Shown here piece by piece: positions 1 to 6,205 of a stretch of DNA of 7,953 bases; the first letter of the stretch is position 1; each line of letters begins with the position of its first letter. Both the position numbers and the translations under genes were made by a program. The notes below the pieces were generated by a model that did no database searches, was not told where the DNA came from, and worked only from the letters and a program-made list of their open reading frames with translations. Where the stretch lies: NCBI GenBank assembly GCA_005191425.1, contig SUPR01000129.1:1-7953 (forward strand), in the 5' to 3' direction. The stretch is from Candidatus Helarchaeota ASGARD archaeon Hel_GB_B. Lineage in GTDB: Archaea > Asgardarchaeota > Lokiarchaeia > Helarchaeales > HEL-GB-B.

Positions 1-2
1 TA

Positions 3-86
3 AAAAAAGCAGTCCCGAAAGCTTTTGATAAAGTGGACGGGATAGAGGCGTTTGGGGTCACGCCAGTATCTGTTCGTGTTGAATAG
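3..86 (+). CDS. Probable 3' end of an upstream gene running in from the left edge (...KKAVPKAFDKVDGIEAFGVTPVSVRVE*); product unknown
   Basis: Frame 3 is open from the window edge to TAG at 84-86. The stretch is visibly more GC-rich than the AT-rich spacer that follows, and the peptide looks protein-like. Only 27 codons are visible and no family is recognisable. Confidence 0.5.
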   Translation, partial: KKAVPKAFDKVDGIEAFGVTPVSVRVE

Positions 87-94
87 ATATAAAA

Positions 95-131
95 TTTATT
101 CTCCTATTATTAGCATAGGAAAATGAATAAA
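95..131. terminator. Imperfect inverted repeat between convergent gene ends; possible terminator hairpin
   Basis: TTTATTC-TCCTAT (95-107) pairs with ATAGGA (115-120) and GAATAAA (125-131), with a 7-nt loop and a 4-nt bulge. It lies just after the TAG at 86 and downstream of the minus-strand stop at 181. AT-rich, so chance is possible. Confidence 0.3.
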
Positions 132-180
132 CCCTTACTACAATTCAATAAATTAAAAAATAAAATAAATAAAACGATAG

Positions 181-2058
181 TTAATCAAATTTAACTTTCT
201 TAAATGGATTTCCAAAAAGAGAATACGCACCATAAAATACTGGTCTTTTCAAAGTAGCCCAAATCTTTTTTCGACTTTCAAACAAGCTCTCACATACATC
301 TATTTCCGATGATAATCCATGGTAAAATTCAAGCATAAAATCTGGTGTAATATTTTCCATGATATACCAATTAGGTAATATAATACTTGAAATCCCAGCG
401 AGTATCAGTCCTCTTAATAAGACGACTAGGTTATTTATCATAGGGTCCTCAATTTCTCCTAATTCAACTATATTCATCACTAATATCGGAGATATTTCGA
501 GTCCTATATTAATAAGTTCATTGATATTTAACAATGAATAATTTTTTTCGTCATAGAATAAAAGTCCAGTAAACCGATTCTTTTCTAAAATTGAAGCCCC
601 CTGCGACAAATCCCCCATTTTGTTTAATGGATCGAAATTCGCGTAGCCACCAAAATGAATAACCCCAATTTTTTTATTTTTTATGATTTTAAGGAATTTA
701 TCTTTGGTCGCCTCTTCATGGGCGAGGATCACGTGCGGAATCTTATAATCCTTTAATAATTTAGTTATCCCGCCAATTTCTCTTTCAGCAATTGTGACTG
801 GATAAGAATTGAACGTGGGGTTGTTAATAAAAAACAATTCATTTCCTTGAATACTCGCATCATTTGTATTAATACACGACATTAGCATATTTATAGAATA
901 ATTTCTACATATTGGTAATTTTAAGCCAACTGGGTCAATAATTTCCCAAGGAATTAAATGTAATACATTGTGTGGCAATATTATTAATTTTGATTTATTT
1001 TCCAAGGAATCCAATAAATCTGAAGGTAATATTTCCGTAATCATGTTTTTAATTTCTATTAAGTTTTCAAATGATTGGTATTTTAGAACTGGGTCTGTTA
1101 TCATTCTATAAAAAAGTCTATACGCTTCAAAAAACTTTTTTCCATCAAAATTTTCTACTTGGTACAAGTTGATGTCTTTAGAGTCTACTACTACAACATT
1201 GAAATTATTTTGATAAGGTAGGGCATTTGGGACATAAAAAAGTTCCCAGACGACTACATTTTCAATTTCAAATAATCGTAATAAATCTTTTTTGGGGTTA
1301 TAGTCCCTCGTTAATTTTATTAATTTTGGGTCTTCTAATTTTAGCATAAGTTCTGATCGTAATTTCCTAGATTCTTTACCCAAATTCAAGAGTAATTGAT
1401 TTTTTTCTTCTATTTGATCCTCTAAATTTATTACTTCTTGTTCTAGTTTTTGAATTGTTTCTTCAATTGTTTTTTGGTCGTCAAAATGTTTATATTTTTG
1501 GATAAGTCCCCATAATTCTCTTTTTCTTTTATTTAAATCATTTATCTCTTCTTTTATTAAAAACATTTCATTGACTAGTTTTTTTTCCTTTTTTACTAGT
1601 TCAATATTTTTAGAGGGATATTTTTCAATAATTTGAAATAATTGCAAGATCTCGATAATTTCTGTAGATTTTCCTAGTTCAATATATTTTAATGCTTCAT
1701 ATAAATTTTCTTTATTTTTTGTTTTTTTATATAAATCAAATAGGAGTTGTGTAATTCCATAATATGGATTAAATTCTTCTGTTATATCTATTTTCTCAAC
1801 AGCTGTCTTAATCTCTCCAATAAAAATCTCATAAATATCTATTGATTCTTCAAAGTACTTTTTTGCAGTTTGATAGTCTCCTTCTGACCATTTAATATAT
1901 GCAATATTGTTTAAAATTTTTCCTTTGATATTTATATCTGCAATTTCATCTGCTATTTTGAGTGCTTTTTCATAATTTTTAAGAGCTTCATTATATTTTC
2001 CTGCTTTATGATATCGTAATCCTATTGAATTATAACATCGTCCTTCATCTTCTTTCAT
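181..2058 (-). CDS. TPR-repeat + coiled-coil + CHAT (caspase-like, clan CD) domain protein; catalytic dyad appears degenerate; true start may be about 2148
   Basis: The N-terminus has 40-aa-period TPR-like repeats (EGRCYNSIG..YNEALKNYEKALKIA; KGKILNNIA..YQTAKKYFEESIDI). Next comes EALKYIELGKSTEIIEIL, typical of TPR-CHAT linkers, then an E/K/L-rich coiled coil. The C-terminal ~300 aa carry CHAT motifs in order: LIILPHNVLHLIPWEII, FINNP, AEREIGGI, EATKDKF, VIHFGG, GLLFYD, LILAGISSIILPNWYI..FMLEFY, PVFYGAYSLFG. Confidence 0.85.
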   Translation of the reverse strand: MKEDEGRCYNSIGLRYHKAGKYNEALKNYEKALKIADEIADINIKGKILNNIAYIKWSEGDYQTAKKYFEESIDIYEIFIGEIKTAVEKIDITEEFNPYYGITQLLFDLYKKTKNKENLYEALKYIELGKSTEIIEILQLFQIIEKYPSKNIELVKKEKKLVNEMFLIKEEINDLNKRKRELWGLIQKYKHFDDQKTIEETIQKLEQEVINLEDQIEEKNQLLLNLGKESRKLRSELMLKLEDPKLIKLTRDYNPKKDLLRLFEIENVVVWELFYVPNALPYQNNFNVVVVDSKDINLYQVENFDGKKFFEAYRLFYRMITDPVLKYQSFENLIEIKNMITEILPSDLLDSLENKSKLIILPHNVLHLIPWEIIDPVGLKLPICRNYSINMLMSCINTNDASIQGNELFFINNPTFNSYPVTIAEREIGGITKLLKDYKIPHVILAHEEATKDKFLKIIKNKKIGVIHFGGYANFDPLNKMGDLSQGASILEKNRFTGLLFYDEKNYSLLNINELINIGLEISPILVMNIVELGEIEDPMINNLVVLLRGLILAGISSIILPNWYIMENITPDFMLEFYHGLSSEIDVCESLFESRKKIWATLKRPVFYGAYSLFGNPFKKVKFD

Positions 2059-2155
2059 ATTAAATTCTCTAGCAATATCAAGGATTTTTTCGAGATCTTC
2101 TAGTTTTAACTCCTCTATCTCTTTATCTTTATATTTTAAATTAAAAATTTTTAAT

Positions 2156-2161
2156 CCACCT
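2156..2161 (-). promoter_or_regulatory. Shine-Dalgarno-like AGGTGG upstream of the TPR-CHAT reading frame
   Basis: The minus strand reads AAAGGTGG-ATTAAAA-ATT. The motif sits 7 nt before an in-frame ATT at 2148-2146, the same spacing as GGTGA to ATG in the SDR gene. Confidence 0.45.
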
Positions 2162-2324
2162 TTAATATTCTTTAATATTATTTAATTACTAATTTATGAG
2201 ATTTTAACCATATTTTATATCATCGATTTTAATCAAAAATAAACAGATATAATTATAACATAATATAAATAATTAGTATGAGTTTTTTTTAAATATTTAT
2301 AATTTATTAATAGGTGGTTAAAAT

Positions 2325-2330
2325 AGGCGA
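2325..2330 (+). promoter_or_regulatory. Possible ribosome-binding site AGGCGA before the FGGY kinase ATG
   Basis: AGGCGA lies 4 nt upstream of ATG 2335. A second SD-like AGGTGG at 2312-2317 contains the GTG that the ORF track used as a start. Confidence 0.35.
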
Positions 2331-2334
2331 AAAA

Positions 2335-3918
2335 ATGAAATATATTTTAGCTCATGACCATGGTACAAGTGGCTCAAAAGCTGCAATAGTATCAATCTAC
2401 GGAGAAGTAATTGACTGGGAATTTCAAGCATGTAAATTATATTTATTTGAGAACGGTGGTGCGGAACAAGACCCTGAAGAATGGTGGAATGCAATAATGA
2501 CAACATCAAAAAAGTTAATTGATAAACAAATTGTTCCAGCAGAAGATATTGTAGCGGTTTGTTGTTCAAGTCAATGGTCTGGTACGGTACCTGTTGATAA
2601 AGACGGTAATCATCTTATGAATGCAATTATTTGGATGGATACCCGAGGCGCTCCATATATTAAAAAGATGTTAGGCGGATTTCCTGAAATTTCTGGTTAT
2701 AAAATTACTAATATTCTTAAATGGGTCGGGCCCACTGGTGGAGCTCCTGGACTTTCTGGGAAAGACCCGATTGGACATATTTTATATATAAAAAATGATC
2801 TTCCTGAAATTTATAATAAGACATATAAATTTCTTGAATGCAAAGATTATCTCAATTTAAAATTTACAGGAAAATTTGCAGCTTCTTATGATTCTATAGT
2901 ATTACATTGGTTAACTGATAACCGAGATTTACAAAATATTCATTATCATGATGGACTTATTAAAAAGACCAAAATTGATAGAGAAAAATTACCTGAATTG
3001 AAGCGTTCAATTGACATACTAGGGACAATAAAAAAAGATATAGCAGATGAATTAGGTCTTAATAATGACGTTAAAGTAGTAATGGGGTCGCCAGATGTTC
3101 AAGCTGCAACAATTGGTTCGGGCGCAGTTGGTAATTATGAAGGTCATATATATATTGGAACTTCTTCTTGGATAATTTGTCATGTCCCTGCTAAGAAAAC
3201 AGATATTTTTAATAATATTGCGTCCATACCTTCTGCTATTCCCGATAAATATTTTGCTGTAACTGAACAAGAAACTGCTGGAGCATGTCTCGCATTTCTA
3301 AGAGACAATATCTTATATCATAAAGATGAGTTATTAATAGAAGAAAAAGTTCCAGATGTATTCAAAATTTTCGATAAAATAGTCGAAAAAGTTCCACCTG
3401 GGAGTAATAAATTAATTTTCACACCTTGGCTATATGGTGAGAGAACTCCAATTGAGGATCACAATATTAGAGGTAATTTAATAAATATTTCTTTAAAGAC
3501 CACAAGAGCTGATATGATTAGAGCCATTTTTGAAGGTGTAGCATTTAATAGTCGATGGGTCTTAAATACTATAGAAAATTTTGTTCTGAAAAAGTTTAAA
3601 GATGGACGAAGACTTGACCCACTTAACATAATTGGTGGTGGTGGAAACTCAAATATTTGGTGCCAAATTTTTGCTGATGTCTTCAATAGGACTATACGGC
3701 AAGTAAAAGACCCAATTCAAGCCAATGCTCGTGGAGCCGCTTTTATTGCTTCTGTAGGTTTAGGATATATAACTTTTGAAGATATTCCAAAATATATTCA
3801 ATATACTAATATATATAAACCAAATCCTGAAAATAGAGCAATTTATGACGAACTTTATAGTGAATATATTAAGTTTTATTATCGGAATAAAAAAATGTAT
3901 AAAAGGTTAAACCAATAA
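2335..3918 (+). CDS. xylB: FGGY-family carbohydrate kinase, xylulokinase (XylB)-like; exact sugar substrate uncertain
   Basis: N-terminal phosphate-binding motif ILAHDHGTSGSKA, plus EQDPEEWW, SQWSGTVPVD, AIIWMDTR, FLECKDYL, GSPDVQAATIGSG, YIGTSSW, PWLYGERTP, RAIFEGVAF, IGGGGNSNIWCQIFADV and ARGAA. ATG 2335 is preferred over GTG 2314 because family members begin at the MKYILAHD-type strand. Confidence 0.85.
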   Translation: MKYILAHDHGTSGSKAAIVSIYGEVIDWEFQACKLYLFENGGAEQDPEEWWNAIMTTSKKLIDKQIVPAEDIVAVCCSSQWSGTVPVDKDGNHLMNAIIWMDTRGAPYIKKMLGGFPEISGYKITNILKWVGPTGGAPGLSGKDPIGHILYIKNDLPEIYNKTYKFLECKDYLNLKFTGKFAASYDSIVLHWLTDNRDLQNIHYHDGLIKKTKIDREKLPELKRSIDILGTIKKDIADELGLNNDVKVVMGSPDVQAATIGSGAVGNYEGHIYIGTSSWIICHVPAKKTDIFNNIASIPSAIPDKYFAVTEQETAGACLAFLRDNILYHKDELLIEEKVPDVFKIFDKIVEKVPPGSNKLIFTPWLYGERTPIEDHNIRGNLINISLKTTRADMIRAIFEGVAFNSRWVLNTIENFVLKKFKDGRRLDPLNIIGGGGNSNIWCQIFADVFNRTIRQVKDPIQANARGAAFIASVGLGYITFEDIPKYIQYTNIYKPNPENRAIYDELYSEYIKFYYRNKKMYKRLNQ

Positions 3919-3925
3919 ATTGCTT

Positions 3926-3930
3926 GGTGA
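3926..3930 (+). promoter_or_regulatory. Shine-Dalgarno GGTGA for the SDR gene
   Basis: GGTGA lies 7 nt upstream of ATG 3938, in a 19-nt gap after the kinase stop. This is consistent with an internal operon gene. Confidence 0.65.
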
Positions 3931-3937
3931 ATAATTT

Positions 3938-4678
3938 ATGAGACTTAAAGATAAAGTTGCTGTAATAACTGGAGGTGCACGTGGAATTGGACGTGCTACT
4001 GCAATTAAGTGTGCCAATGAAGGCGCAAATATTGCAATATTAGATATAATCTCGGCTGATAATGTTGTTGAAGAAATCAAATCAATAGGACGAAAAGCTA
4101 AAGCATATAAGGTCGATGTTGGTTTTTATGACCAAGTACAACAAGTAGCAAAAGATATTATCAATGAATTTGGTACAGTCGATATCTTAGTCAACAACGC
4201 TGGTATAACAAAGGACAAACTTTTTATAAATATGACCGAAGAAATGTGGGACGATGTCCTTAGGACCAATCTTAAAGGCATCTTTAATTGTTGTAAAGCT
4301 TTTGTCCCAATAATGCGTGAAAAAAAATACGGTAGAATTATTAATGTTAGTTCTGTTGGTGGTAAAGCAGGAAATATTGGGCAAGCCAATTATGCTGCCA
4401 GTAAAGCAGGTATTGTTGGTATCACTAAAACTCTTGCTAAAGAATTACCTTTTGGTGGCGCCGAAATTACTGTCAATGCAATTCAACCAGGTATGATATT
4501 AACTGATATGACTAAAGCAATGCCTCAAAAAGCTTTTGATGCCCTAGTAAGTCAAACTCCTATGGGCAGGGCTGGTAAACCTGAAGAAGTAGCAAATGTT
4601 ATAGCATTCTTGGCATCCGAAGAAGCAAGCTATGTAAATGGTTCCATAATTTTAGTCAGTGGCGGTAAAGATATTTAA
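3938..4678 (+). CDS. fabG: Classical short-chain dehydrogenase/reductase, FabG (3-oxoacyl reductase)/acetoacetyl-CoA reductase-like
   Basis: TGGARGIG Rossmann motif, LVNNAGITKD, NLKG, IINVSSVGG, GNIGQANYAASKAG (intact N-S-Y-K tetrad), VNAIQPG.I.TDMT and PMGRAGKPEEVA; 246 aa. The symbol reflects family similarity, not a demonstrated function. Confidence 0.85.
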   Translation: MRLKDKVAVITGGARGIGRATAIKCANEGANIAILDIISADNVVEEIKSIGRKAKAYKVDVGFYDQVQQVAKDIINEFGTVDILVNNAGITKDKLFINMTEEMWDDVLRTNLKGIFNCCKAFVPIMREKKYGRIINVSSVGGKAGNIGQANYAASKAGIVGITKTLAKELPFGGAEITVNAIQPGMILTDMTKAMPQKAFDALVSQTPMGRAGKPEEVANVIAFLASEEASYVNGSIILVSGGKDI

Positions 4679-4712
4679 TATTTTATCCTCTTTAATATTT
4701 TTATAATTTTTA
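4679..4712 (+). terminator. T-rich tract after the kinase-SDR operon; possible archaeal-type oligo(T) terminator
   Basis: TATTTTATCCTCTTTAATATTTTTATAATTTTT immediately follows the SDR stop. Weak evidence in an AT-rich genome. Confidence 0.25.
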
Positions 4713-4837
4713 GCAAAAATTAGAAAAATAGGTATATTTTTTACAAAATAAAATCATTTTATTTTCAATTAAAATATCTGCCAATTTAATTATAAAAGTA
4801 GTCTTTAATAGTCATTAAAAAATTAGATGCGCTAATT

Positions 4838-6094
4838 ATGATTATAAAAAAGCGAAATTTATTATGTATAATGAAAAGAGAAAATCTTGATTTAGGGCAT
4901 ATGCTGCTATATGCCCCTTATAAAAATATACTTACAAAATTTGTTGAATTATCTATTAATCCAAAAGCTATTGAGTTTGATCCTATTTCTAAAATTTTTG
5001 ATGGTTTAGAAAGTATTTCTGAAGGATTAAAGCATTACTATGAAGCTTTATTGGGTGTTACCTCCTATTATCAACATAGTCAAGGTGGGAGAGGTAAATA
5101 CATTGAAAAAAAATTCGCATCCTTAGTAAATTCATGTTCGCTTAATATCAAATTAAGTGAATTACCTTTTTGGCTCCAATATCCTGATTTACATAGAAAA
5201 AAGGGAATTTTTACATTAAAAAATTTATCTTCTAATGAAAAATCAATTATAAGAAGAATTGATTGGGACTATATAGGGAAAGAAGATGAGACGACAGATC
5301 TTGGAAATTTATTAAAAAAAGAAAAGACCATTGTTTTAATTGAATTAAAAAATCGGGTAGATTCAGGTGGGACTGCAGCCAGAAGGGAAATTTGGACAAA
5401 AAAATTTAAAACTATATTAAATTATATTTATGACAATACAATAAAACTATATAGAAGAGAAGATAAAGAATTTTCCTTGACTGAATTATTAAAAATTTTT
5501 GGATTTGAAAAAATAGAAATTTATATTGCCATCCTTTTTAATGCAGATGGTAATTCAGCTACAAGATTGGGTGATAAAGAGAATGGTTTTTATTCTTCTA
5601 ATGAAGAGGGATATAGAGATTTAAAAAATGCAATATTAAATAAAGGACTTACTATTTTAACAGATAATATTTCTGAACTAGAAATTTCATTTAAAATTAA
5701 TGGTATATATGTTCTTTTTGGGGCTATTTATGGTGATGAGATCCCTCTCAAGTATTTTAGACAAAATTATTCGATATCTGATATTTTAATTTTAAATTAT
5801 GACGACATATGGCTTTCTCAGTTAACCGCTATAAGTGAAAGGAAATTTTTATTAGAATTCAATAATAACTATATGAAAATTTTCAAAAACATTGTGAAAA
5901 AGGATCAGAAGATTAGGATTTTATATGATAAATTTATAACTTCTGAGGGAGATGAAAATACATTACAAAAATTAATTGAATATTTAATACAAAATTTTTC
6001 AAAAGATTTTCCATCCAATCTTTGTCCATCACAAAAAAATAGGATCGAATATTTGGCAGATGTAATTCAAATCATAGCAGCTTCAGAAGCATAA
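4838..6094 (+). CDS. Putative PD-(D/E)xK nuclease, probable Type II restriction endonuclease; alternative start ATG 4871
   Basis: Candidate catalytic elements occur in the expected order: a helix with Glu (GRGKYIEKKF), an acidic strand start (ETTDLG), and a hydrophobic strand ending in ExK (IVLIELKNRVDSGG) followed by a helix. The gene lies next to a DNA methyltransferase. No helicase, ATPase or MTase motifs. The assignment rests on motif pattern plus context. Confidence 0.65.
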   Translation: MIIKKRNLLCIMKRENLDLGHMLLYAPYKNILTKFVELSINPKAIEFDPISKIFDGLESISEGLKHYYEALLGVTSYYQHSQGGRGKYIEKKFASLVNSCSLNIKLSELPFWLQYPDLHRKKGIFTLKNLSSNEKSIIRRIDWDYIGKEDETTDLGNLLKKEKTIVLIELKNRVDSGGTAARREIWTKKFKTILNYIYDNTIKLYRREDKEFSLTELLKIFGFEKIEIYIAILFNADGNSATRLGDKENGFYSSNEEGYRDLKNAILNKGLTILTDNISELEISFKINGIYVLFGAIYGDEIPLKYFRQNYSISDILILNYDDIWLSQLTAISERKFLLEFNNNYMKIFKNIVKKDQKIRILYDKFITSEGDENTLQKLIEYLIQNFSKDFPSNLCPSQKNRIEYLADVIQIIAASEA

Positions 6095-6205
6095 AAACAA
6101 TTCATAATTAAATTATTATGATTTTTTATTTACTTCATTAATTACTCTTCTTTTCGGGTATTCAACTAAAATTTGACATCAAATTAACTTTAATATTTTA
6201 AATCT

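Noticed and set aside
1-90. Possible tRNA or structured RNA in the GC-richer left edge
   Set aside because: I could not find a cloverleaf, T-loop or acceptor stem; an open frame ending at TAG 86 explains it better.
359-541. 60-aa plus-strand ORF
   Set aside because: Lies entirely antisense within the CHAT domain coding region and has no recognisable motif; a shadow ORF.
2180-2312. Specific TATA/BRE calls in the divergent promoter region
   Set aside because: Many TATA-like hexamers occur in this very AT-rich spacer and none can be singled out without TSS data.
2314-2334. GTG 2314 as the kinase start
   Set aside because: The GTG is part of an SD-like AGGTGG, and the family fold begins at MKYILAHD (ATG 2335). 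Less likely, though not excluded.
2318-4389. Five short minus-strand ORFs (2318-2569, 3052-3270, 3459-3686, 4126-4389, 4187-4384)
   Set aside because: All are antisense to the well-supported kinase or SDR genes, with no motifs or RBS.
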